A stretch of 64,000 bases of DNA from the human T2T-CHM13v2.0 reference genome, Homo sapiens: assembly GCF_009914755.1 (NCBI RefSeq), contig NC_060934.1, one strand, 5' to 3'. The position numbers and the translations under genes were made by a program. Below the pieces are notes generated by a model, which was given only the letters and a program-made list of their open reading frames with translations, searched no databases and had not been told where the DNA came from. Positions 40,535 through 52,934 of the stretch are shown in pieces. Numbering within the stretch: position 1 is the first letter of the stretch; every line of letters starts with the position of its first letter.

Positions 40535-40896
40535 TAGATTAGTTTGCCAGGGCTGCCATAACAAAACACCACAGACTAGGTGGTTTAAATAACAAATTTA
40601 TTTTCTCATGGGTCTGGAGACTGGAAGTCTGTGATCAAGATGTCAGCAGGGTTGGTTTCTCCTGGGGCCTCTGTTGGCCTGCAGAAGCCCTTCTCCCTGT
40701 GTCCTCACATGGTTCTCTCTGTGCACACACACCCCTGGTGTCTCTGTGTGCTCACATTTCCTCCTCTTTTAAGACACTAGTCATATTGGATTAAGGCACA
40801 TCCTAATGGCCTCATTTTAACTTAATCACCTCTTTAAATGCCTCATCTCCACATATCCACATATTAAAACATGAAACATGAATTCAGCCCATAACA
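40535..40896 (-). mobile_element. MLT1B-like (MaLR) LTR
   Basis: gggctgccataacaaaacaccacagact...ctcattttaacttaatcacctc...aattcagcccataaca. Confidence 0.85.
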
Positions 40897-41014
40897 GATA
40901 AGAAAGAATAGGCTTAGAGGGAACAAGGAGCAAAAAAGAGGAAAAAATAACATTTATTAAGTGAAATAGAATAGACCTGGGCATTTCAGGTATAATAACT
41001 GTGAATAAATATGT

Positions 41015-41095
41015 GTTAAATATGTGAATATTATTGATTTTACTCCTGAGAGTTAAAATATGTGAATATTATTGATTTTACTCCTCTGAGAGTTA
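41015..41095. repeat. Tandem duplication, about 37-40 bp x2
   Basis: aaatatgtgaatattattgattttactcct occurs twice. Confidence 0.9.
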
Positions 41096-41329
41096 CTGTT
41101 ATGTAGGAATTTGTTATTTTGCTGGGGCTTTGATTTGAGTCTCACACTCTTCGAATCCCATGGGTAGGAGGGTTCGGGAACTGTCCAGAACCCTCATCTC
41201 AAAAGGGCTCAGTGCTTATATACACCCTGTCCAGAGGAAATGGTATGTTCTAGCAACATCTGAGCGCTTGAGAACATCTACAGACACCCGGGGCCACCAT
41301 GCTGTGAGCCCAGCACCTGGCTCTATCTA

Positions 41330-41480
41330 GGCAGGTGTGCAATAACCTAGGTCGGCACTTTCTCTTGTTCATAACAGCCCTGCACCATCCTGATAGATGG
41401 GGAAACTGAGGCTCAAAGAGTTTAAAGAATTAGCATCCCTAAGCAAGGAGTGACATGAGAGTGACCTGGGAGAAGTCAGA
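41330..41480 (-). mobile_element. MIR SINE fragment
   Basis: atagatggggaaactgaggctcaaagag. Confidence 0.65.
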
Positions 41481-41727
41481 GCCCTGAGAATCAGAACAAA
41501 GACAAGTAATGCAGATAAATAAATGAACAATCCTGCTACTGATTGATCCTGTGAAATGTCCAGATGCGGAGACCAGTGCCCACGGCACAAGCTTTCTTTG
41601 GAAGGCGAAGATCTCCCCTTCCTGCTGGCCAGGGTTAGGGTTGGAGGAACTTGAGGGGGACCAGGGGAGGTGGCCTCAGGGAAGCCCAGGGTTGCTGGTG
41701 CCATCGCCAAAGAGGAGACTTTCGGTC

Positions 41728-41746
41728 TGTCCAGCAGGTGGCGCCG
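41728..41746 (+). promoter_or_regulatory. CTCF-binding motif (strong candidate)
   Basis: tgtCCAGCAGGTGGCGCcg is an exact core consensus match, with CpGs retained nearby. Confidence 0.65.
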
Positions 41747-42295
41747 CGCAGCTGAGTATCCGAGGAGAGCAGGCTGAGGCTGGAGAAACCGTCTGCCCTA
41801 GGCTTCTTCCCAAATTGCATGTCCCCAGCAGGGGACTCTGCACTGCTAGGGCTCCTGTCCAGCACGGCATCTTCTCTCCGGGGGACTGGGAAACAGGGTG
41901 TTTGTCCTCACCTAGAAAACGGCCTCTACGCACACATCTGCTGGAGAGAATAAAGCTGCCGCGTGGCCCTGGGCTTGCTGGCAGGCAGGGGTGGCTGGTG
42001 GGCAAGGCTGGGGCCAGCCAGAATGCTCTGCTCCCAAGCAGCCTGGAACTCTCCCTGGAACAGGGCGAAAGCCCCCTAGTAGCCAAAAAAGGAAGATTCT
42101 CCCTGGAAACCTGGGCCTGTTCCCCAGCAGCTGGTCAGTTTCATTTGCTCCAAAGCTGCCCCTGAGATGTGGAAGTCTTGGGATAAACCAATTAATTGTA
42201 AACATTTTCTTAAATATTCCTGTTTGGACTTGAATTGGTATGTCTAAGGTCTTTCCTGTCCTGATAGTCATCCCTTTGTACGGTAGCATGTCAGC

Positions 42296-42532
42296 CATAG
42301 TGTGGCAGTTGCAGGTACAGGGGCTGGATCTGAATCTAGACACTTCTATGACTTGCTGTGTGATACAGTGAGTTTCTTAACCTCTCTGTGTCTCAGAGCC
42401 CTCTTCAGTAAGATGGAGATGGTAACAATTCTTATCTCATGGGTTTACTGTAAGGATTAACTTAATAAATATAAAGCACTTAGGGACAGCGTCTGACAGG
42501 CAGTTATTAGAGCTAAGTGGTTGTTATTACCA
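42296..42532 (+). mobile_element. MIR SINE
   Basis: ttcttaacctctctgtgtctcag...taaggattaa...taaagcacttag. Confidence 0.8.
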
Positions 42533-43519
42533 TCAGCTGAGCATACAGCAATTTTCTCAACTAAGTCACGTCACACTAATGCAGGGCATGCAGTAGATTT
42601 CCAATAATGCCGAATGGGATTTAAATGGGGGAAAGAGCTTCTAGCAGGGAGTGAGAAGTGGGGCAGCCTATATTGGTGGATGGAGGGCACCAATCAAGGG
42701 CCACAGGGATACCCATCCCCTTCCCAGAGAGAGAGAGCTGCTCTTTACGCCACCAGGCCTGAAACTCCAGGCAATTTGGAAGGGCCAATGTGTCGGGGAG
42801 AAGAAAGGGAGAGATGTGAGTGCTGTGGCTTCAGCTGGGGGTGCCAGTGGCAGACTGGGCTACGCATCGGGATCCGTGCAAGGGAAATAGGAATAGAGTC
42901 TAGCTCCAAGGGAAGGACAGGCAGGAACCATGCCACCCAGGAGCACAGCCAACCACCAGCCTGGGGGGAAAACCAGGGACCAAAGGCCAGAGCTGGCCAG
43001 GAGTCAGGTCCCACACAGAGAGGGCAGGGAAAGAGGCTCAGCTGTACACTGGAGGCTCCAGTCCCCGTAGTCACCCCTGAACACCTGACAGACTTGGGAA
43101 GAGCCATGGGCCAGGGCGGGGCTGACAGACACACTGCAGCAACCTCTGTGGGCTGCAGCTGCCACATAGGTAGGTGCCTCCTGGAGGCCCCATCTAAAGC
43201 CAAGGGTCATCCCTTTAATGGCTGGATCCTGAGCAGGGAGTAGGGAGGGGCTTGGCAGCCAGGCCAGCAGGTAGGTGGATTGGGGCAGTGACTTTTTGTC
43301 AGCCAGCTTGGAAGTATTTCATCAATTTCACAACCAGCATATCTGTGTCCATGTGCCCGGCTGGGCCCCAGCCCTAGTCTTTTTTCCACCCTGTAGTCAC
43401 CTGATTTGCATTGGTCTGAGGGAGCTGAGAGGTGGGCAGCTGGGGAGGCTGGCACTGAATGACATCCGCATATTACTGCATTCCCACTGTGGTGGGATGT
43501 GTCTCCAGAAACGGCAGAG

Positions 43520-43775
43520 CCCTGGCAGTGAAGAGTAGCCCTGCACTAGACTGCCTGAATTTGAGTCATGATTCCACCACTCCAAGCTGCGTGACCTTGG
43601 GCAAGTGACTTGCCTTCTCTGTGTCTCAAATTCCTGCTTCCTGTTTTCTAAACCGAAAACAAAATTAGTACCTTTCTCACAAGATGCTATGAGAATTAAC
43701 TGAGCAATGTGTGCAATACATTTGGAACAGTTACTTATACCTATAGTATTTAGAACTATTCAAAAAGCAGTAACT
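43520..43775 (+). mobile_element. MIR SINE
   Basis: agctgcgtgaccttgggcaagtgactt. Confidence 0.8.
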
Positions 43776-44784
43776 TTTTTCATTAAGCACACGTTAATTT
43801 TGCATCATCTTCCAAAGTACATAGTTCCTGGCCTTAAGGACACATATGTATTTGGGAGGGAACTGTGAACTCTGCCTCTGTGGAGTACGAGCAGATGAAC
43901 CCAGGGATCAGAGAGGGAAGGGGTTGACCCAGGCCACAAGGAGGATCAATGGCAGAACAAGGGAGGATCCAGGCCTCCTGAGGCATGTCAGAGTCTTCAT
44001 GGGTGTAATGTTTGATATGGGCAACCTGCTTTCTTTTCTTCCCTTCCTCCATCTAAGCTGATGCTTGGACTCTGATCTCCAGGGATGAGGAAGAGCTGAC
44101 AGTGGAAATAGCAAGTCTTTATGGATTTACTTTCCAAGGTCTTAGCCTCAAAGGAGAGAAGGAATTTGAGGCAGACAAGATGAGCAACTGGGACAAACCT
44201 GCAGGAAGGATTTCCCCTGAGACTAGAGGGATCTGAGGCGAAAGTGGGAGGACTGTGTAGAACTTGGTTGTGGGCCAGCACCGGCTGCCGCTTGGTCCCC
44301 ATGCCTGTGTTTTGTCATGAACTGCATTTCTGCAGGCCCAGCATTCTCTGTGGCTATTTTTTGCTGCAGAGATTCAGGCCACGGAGGAGGCTTTTTGTCT
44401 GTACACCCTCAGCAATGAATGGCCACAGCAGCTGCCTGTTACAAATGCCTTCCTCTTTCTGAGCTGCTGGCGTGTGAAGGGTTTTATAGGCGGCCTTGCT
44501 TCAGATGGAAATAGAACAGCTCTGAACTTGCTACCTATTACCTAGAAGTCATTTTCTGTAGTTATTCCCTTTGTGGCACCATCAAGCATGCACACCAGTA
44601 GCTGTCGAGGGTTTGGATATTTAACCAGCTCGTGTTCACACGCATGTGGGTTTCGCCTGTGCCTCTGTGAGACCTCTGGCTAGTACCCATGTGTGTTGGA
44701 TCTCATGTGGCCTGTTCTCATTATTGGTATTGTCATTACACTTGAGACTGTGTGAGGGGCCGGGGTCCCAGTGCAGTCACCTCA

Positions 44785-44879
44785 GGACCCAGAGCTGACC
44801 TGAACAGAACTTCAGTTTTTCCTCCCCCAAGGGGACCCAGAGCTGACCTGAACAGAACTTCAGTCTTTCCTCCCGCAAG
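44785..44879. repeat. 48-bp tandem duplication
   Basis: ggacccagagctgacctgaacagaacttcagt(t/c)tttcctccc at 44785 and 44833. Confidence 0.93.
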
Positions 44880-46222
44880 CTCATACATTACTATTTGTCA
44901 CCCACAACTCAGCATGCATATTTTAACCAGTCCATTTTGGAATCCTTAAGAGGGAAAGAACATGACAGCACTGGACTGAACAGGAAGACAGGTCCCTGGT
45001 GAGATGGAGTGAGGGTGATGGGTGAGGGTACATCAGGTCCCTGAGGAGCCTGGAGGGGAAGGGGGCAGGGCCACCAAAATCAGATTTCTTGGATTACACT
45101 GCAGAGGTGACTGAGGAGTCTCCCAACACTTTACAGGGAAGTAGGAAAAATCCAGGCTGTAAAACTTTCTTTCAAAACATTTTGGAGGTTACTTTCCTTC
45201 TCTGTTTGTTTTCAAGTGCGTAACAGTGATCAGTTCCTTGCTTAACCTTCCTTTATCTGTCATCTTAGGACCAAGGTTGGCTGGGGGGCTGGTGTGTCAG
45301 TTAACAGGCAACATGCACAGAGCTGCCTGCCTGGCGCTGGGCCCCGGGTAGCTCCATTCTCAAAGACGTTGGACAGAAGCCCTGCGCAGAAGATGGTGCT
45401 GATGCCATTGGAATGGTCCTGCTCCCGGGTCACAGAAATGAGGTGGAGGAGGTATGGGGAGGAAAGATAGTGTCAAGCCCCTGTTGGTTGCTGTAGCAAC
45501 ATTCTGTAATGACTGGAGATCAGTTGCAACAGTCTAAATTTTATTTGCTTTTATTTTCTCTTTGGGAGTAGCATCATGGCTAAAAATAAGAACAGCAGAA
45601 ACCCACCGCTGGGCTGGTTGGTGCAGCTCCGGTGCCTTCCCGAGTCTGGCAGGTCCACAGCAGAGGACAGAGAAACGGGGGTCTTTCAAGCCAGTGTGGT
45701 GAGAGACAGGATGGGAAAGAGCCATGTGGAGTTGGTGGGGGCACCCCTGCCAAGCTAGTTAGCCTGTTTTGTAGCCTTGTAATTTGACAGCCTGGTTTCT
45801 CCAAGGAGCGAAAAATCAATAGCGCTATCCACACACACTCAGCTTCTGACCACTTTAACTTCCATAAAGAGGCATCGAGGAAATATTGAGTTAGAGGTGA
45901 GGCACAGAAATTCTGCTGTGGTGGAGTTCTTGTGGGCCGGAAGGTAGCTCCTTCAGGGTAGCCTTTTAGCATTTGTTAGCTGCTGTTTCTTTCATTTCTT
46001 TTAATTTTTGAATATGCAAATTCCCCAGCATATACAGATGTAAGGAGAATAGTATTCTGTACACTGGAGCCAGCTCATTTAGGATGCTTGGAAAAAAAAG
46101 TGGAAGACCAAAATCTCTGCATCTAGGCAGAGAAAAAATGCTCCACCTTTGATGGAGTTATTTCTGACACACTGTGAGATCTCCTGGTTCATCCCAGTGC
46201 TACTGCACTAAAATCCTGAGTT

Positions 46223-46555
46223 AACCTTTAAAAAGAAGAAAGTCCTGCTGCTTGCGACAACATGGATGAACCTGGAGGGCATTATGTTAAGTGAAATAAG
46301 CCAGACACAGAAAGACAAATACTGCATAATCTCACTTATAGGTAGAATCTGAAATAGTCGAACTCATAGAGTCAGGGAGTAGAATGGTGGTTGGGAGGTG
46401 GGGAAAATGGAGAGATGTTGGTCAAAGAGTATGAACTTTCAGTTTTGCAAGATGAATAAATTCTGGAGATTTCGTGTACTGCACGGAGACTGTAGTTCAC
46501 AATACTGTATTGTATACCTGAAATTTACCAAGAGTATAGACCTTAAGTGTTCTCG

Positions 46556-46599
<44 letters not shown>

Positions 46600-46740
46600 T
46601 AACTATGTGAGGTGATGGACAAGTTAATTAGTTTGATTGTGGTAATCATTTCACAATGGAGATGTGTATCAAAATATCAAGTTGTATATCTAGACACAAT
46701 TTTTATTTGCCAATTATACCTCAATAAAAACTCTAAAAAA
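46223..46740 (+). mobile_element. L1MA8/9-like 3' end
   Basis: caacatggatgaacctggagggcattatgttaagtgaaataagccag...ggtaactatgtgaggtgatgg...caattatacctcaataaa. Confidence 0.88.
46557..46596. repeat. (CA)20 microsatellite
   Basis: Seen directly. Confidence 0.97.
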
Positions 46741-47087
46741 CATGAAAAGCGGTCATCTATTTTACCACAATTAAAAGAAAAATCACCTTTTGAGAAAAGG
46801 CTACCTTGGGCAGAGGAGATAGCAGGGCATGAGGAGGCCATGGATGGAGGCTTGGACCCTGGTGGCAGCTGGAGTGGAGAGAGGTGGAGGAAGTTTTGAA
46901 ATATTCTGAAGTCATTGCTGGCAGGATTTACTGGGAGATTAGATACAGTTTGTGATGAGATTTATATATAATATTAGAAGAATGATGTCATGTAACTAGC
47001 ATGACCATTAAGATATAAATAATAACTATAAAGTATGAACCTATAATTTATTCAAATATTGAATCCCTCTCATTTTACCACACTGCA

Positions 47088-47379
47088 TTTTTTTTTTTAG
47101 ACTGAATCTTGCTCTTTCGCCCAGGCTGGAGTGAAATGGCGCAATCTCAGCTCACTGCAACCTCCACCTTCTGGGTTCAAGTGATTCTTCTGCCTCAGCC
47201 TCCCAAGTAGCTGGGATTACAGGCATCTGCCACCACGCCCAGCTAATTTTTGTATTTTTAGTAGAGACGGGGTTTTGTCATGTTGGCCAGGCTGGTCTCT
47301 AACTCCTGAGCTCAGGTGATCAGCCTGCCTCAGCCTCCCAAAGTGCTGGGATTACAGGCGTGAGCCACCGTGCCTGGCC
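47088..47379 (-). mobile_element. AluS (Sx-like)
   Basis: Full dimer flanked by ctgcatttt. Confidence 0.94.
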
Positions 47380-47762
47380 TCATACTCTGCATTTTCCAAA
47401 ATGTTTTCTTTTATCAGCTCACTGAGTCCTCAAGCCCCCGACCCCCACCCAGAAAAAGGTTACATAGTCGTTTGAACTTTCAACATGAGACAACTGAAGC
47501 TCAGAAAGATGACAGTTTCCCCAAGGCGACTTAACCTCTTTCCAGTTCATTTTTGGGGATCTTGTTGCGTGGCAGAGGTAACGGTCAGATGTGAAGCCTG
47601 AGGCCACATTTGCCTGTCATTGTCTTCTCGCAGTCTCCCCACTAGAGCACCAGGGCTTCTGAACACAGCCTCTGTCTCACTGTCTTCGGGCACGGTGCTC
47701 ACAACACTGTTGTAAGAGAAGTTTCCCTGCTCTCTTAACTCTCCCTGGTGCAATACTGGAGG

Positions 47763-47782
47763 GATCAGAAATGGTAACCATT

Positions 47783-47819
<37 letters not shown>

Positions 47820-48288
47820 AGATGGTGGTGAGGATGAGGAGGAAAGGGAACACTTATACGTGGTTGGTGGGAATGTAAATTAGTACAATCTCTATGGAAA
47901 ACAGTGTGGATATTTCTCAAAGAACTGAAAATAGAACTACCATTTGACCCTTAAATCTCACTGCTGGGTATTTACCCAAAGGAAAAGAAATAATTATATC
48001 ACAAAGACACCTGCACTTGTATGTTTATCATAGCTATATTCACAGTAGCAAAGATATGGAATCAACCTAACTGTCCATCTGGATGACTGGATAAGGAAAA
48101 TGTGGTATATATACACAAATGTGGTGTATATACACCATGGAATACTATACAGCCATGAAAAAGAATGAAATCATGTCTTTTGCAGCAACATGGATGGAAC
48201 TGGAGGCCATTATCTTAAGTGAAACAACTCAGAAAGTCAAATACCAATGTCCTCCCTTATAAGTGGGAGCTAAATAATGTGTACATGA
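47763..48288 (+). mobile_element. L1PB-like ORF2 3' fragment with an internal A31 run (47787-47817)
   Basis: gttggtgggaatgtaaattagtac...ttttgcagcaacatggatggaactggaggccattatc. Confidence 0.88.
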
Positions 48289-48788
48289 TATACACACACA
48301 TAGATTTACAGATATATATAAAGAAATAGCCACATAATGTTGGGTGGGGGATAGTTGAAGCAAGATACGCCATAAGTTGGTGAGGTGATAATTGTGAGTG
48401 ATGGGTTTATGATACTATTCTCTTTACATTTGTATAGGCTGGGAAATTTCTGTATTCAAAAATTAAATGAAAAGAAACAGCAGCTAACAAGTTAGAAAAT
48501 AGAGTGAGAAGAGAGAAGCTTTGTACCAGCAAGAAACCCTGGAAGAGGAAGAGGATAAGTCTTATTTTCAAATTAAGATTGTAGTGTTGATTATTATATA
48601 GAGCCAGACCTTCTAGTTCCTCAATCAAGACTGAGCTTTGTGATTTCAAATGACTTTATAATAACCAGAAATGACCAGGAACATCCTGAGAATTTATCTT
48701 GGGGGCAGATGAAAAATTAATCTCACTGGGCAAATTTAAAGGGTATTAGACAATTTTAGCTGGGGAAAGCAATAACTGTTTTATATAG

Positions 48789-49163
<375 letters not shown>

Positions 49164-50329
49164 TAGTTGTGCCCCATGTTACTTCTACCTCTTAAGGCTT
49201 CTATTTTCTCGTCTCTACAACATCTATGATGATGCCTGCAGAAGGTCATTGTGTTAGAGATGACACAAAATGCTTTGCATAACAAGTTGTTGATACTATT
49301 AATATGGTTATGCTATTGTAACAGTTACATAGCAATGGGAATAGTGTGAACAAATGCTTATTCGTATATGCTGCATGCACACATGCAGGGCCAGGGATGA
49401 GCTTGGAGGATGTGGAGGACAGTCTATAACAGGGAGGGAGAGAGTCCAAGATGCATCCCCCCTGCTTATACGATGTTACAATTACATGAAAAAAAATACA
49501 GGGGTTTGGAGACAAAGTTTATCTGATTGTGTCTCGTGAGCTGTGCCTATTCAACTAGCAGGTTACTCTTAAGGGACCAGCAATAAACCCCTGGAAATGT
49601 TAAGGGCCTGTGGTCATGTCTTTGGGGCAGTGTCCCATGCAGCAGCCCAGGCAGTGGTGTGAGCAGTATCTGCAGCTCTGGGGAGGGTGAGGGAGGCTGA
49701 GTCCCTGGGGCTGTGAGGAGGAACAGCCTGGCCATGCCTGAGAAGAGACAAGCCTCTCCGTTCATTATCCCCACTGGGCAGCTACAGTTCTGTTCTAACT
49801 AATGTGTGGTCTTAGGGTCATCATGTCTTCTCTCAATCCTCAATTTCCTCATCTGTAAAGTGGGAGAAGCATGGAAGGATGTCAATAGTGGTCTTCACAG
49901 TACGACAGAGCCCAAGCGAGCACAGCACTGAGCAACAAAGCTGAACTTAAATCTTTAAGATCTGTTTCCTGTGTCCTTGGTGAGGACACTTTTTTTCTTA
50001 CTTGAAATGGCAACAGATTCAACAGCTATGCATTGATTTGCACCGCCCCCCTACCCCTGACATCCTGCCACCAGCAGAAACAATGATGAATATCAGATTA
50101 TGCTGACCTAAGGAATGATTATATTTCTTATTCAGTTGAAGTCTTTTCCCTTTGAATTTTATTAATAATGGGATTAGCAATGAAATAGTTCCATTGGACA
50201 TTTTAATGTATTTTTTATTACAAAAGTGATAGAAACACATTGTAGAGAATTTTTAAAATGAGAAAGAGGAATGGGATAAGCGGAATGGGGAAGGGAGGAA
50301 TGAAACAACAGATACAAATCACTCAAGAA

Positions 50330-50475
50330 CACTTATATGCTTGACTTCTTCCTGTTTTATGTGGATTCTCATTTAATCTTCTCCACATCCCTATGGAGAA
50401 ATGCTATTAATTTTGCAGCTGAGAACACTGAGACACAGAGAGGTTAAGTCACTTCCTCAGAATCACACAGCTCTA
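50330..50475 (-). mobile_element. MIR SINE
   Basis: ctcatttaatctt...actgagacacagagaggttaagtcactt. Confidence 0.75.
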
Positions 50476-51367
50476 GGCAGCCTGATTCACCACCAGCCAA
50501 TACTGTTTACCAGATACCGCATTCCCACATCAGTTAGATTGAGTTCTGTCCTTTCATGCATCATTTGCAAATTTGTAATTTTGATTTTGATTTCTTTTTA
50601 AATGTAGCCCAAGAATTTTCTTAATTTTTAAGAATTCCATTTTTATAATATTTTAATTGTTAATTTCTAATACAACTGAATCATGATTAGACTGTAGCTT
50701 GTAAATCTGAATTTTTGAATTTGACAGACTTTTTGGCTGAAGACATGATCAGTGTTGTAAAGGTTTCCATCTATATGAAAAGAGTCCATTAATAATTTAA
50801 GCAATAAATGTTCATATCCTTACTCAAATCCTCATTCCTTTGGTCAACTTGAGCTATAAAATTTTAAAGAAGTATATTTATATTTTAAATTCAAGTTGCA
50901 TCTTATTCAAATGGTATTTACAGGAGGTTTTGATTTGGTTGCTATGTTATTTGGTACATGTGGCTGTTACAATCTCATAATGGATTGAATCTTGTATCAC
51001 ACCATCTATCCTGCTAAATGCTTTGGACTTTAAACTGGGATTTGCTGACATTGAGATTATTGCTATTGTTTGTCATTTGCTTGCTTATTTTCATTTGCTG
51101 GTATTCTGTCTCCCCCATTTTCAGTGTTTGTCACCCTGCACTAGAGGTATTTCTTGTGAATAGCAAAGAATACGGTGCTGTTATTTAATGCAGTCTAAGG
51201 GTCCACTTTTTGATCTAGAAATTATGGATGACTTGGGATAGCCTTGATTTTATCCATTTCATTTCATTTTATTTAAAGTTTGCCATTTATTTTGTTTTAC
51301 TGTTTCCTGTTTTTCTCAGTCTTTAAATCTGCTGGCTGGATATAATTTATTTTTATTCTCCTATTAA

Positions 51368-51663
<296 letters not shown>

Positions 51664-52017
51664 TATTCGCCTGTTTTAATTGGGAAGTTTTGATATGCCT
51701 TTATGTTCTCTACTACTTTTTCTGTCATATATTCGAAAAGAACTATTAATTTTCTTTCCCCCTAATGTTTTACTTTCCTACTCCTCCCCTTCACCTCCTA
51801 TTTCTTTTCTCCAACAACTGGATTTATTTTAGTCACTTTAGTAATATAAAATTCCAGTTTTACGTAACACTTCCCCATATCCTATGTATCCTTTGTTTTA
51901 AGACCTTTCCTCAGAAAGCTTGCTGACAGCTTGCTGCCTGTGAGAGCATCCTATTCTGTGACTCATAGAAATAGAGAGAAATGGAGGTCTATTCCTCAAT
52001 TGCTATCTTTTTTTTTT

Positions 52018-52934
<917 letters not shown>

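Noticed and set aside
41551-42165. 204-aa ORF
   Set aside because: Non-ATG start, no recognisable domain, and overlapping ORFs on both strands as expected in GC-rich DNA.
42614-43243. 209-aa ORF
   Set aside because: No recognisable homology or exon structure; consistent with chance in GC-rich sequence.
47787-47817. A31 run as the tail of an unknown retrocopy
   Set aside because: It lies at an A-rich position within L1 ORF2-like sequence, and no TSD was found.
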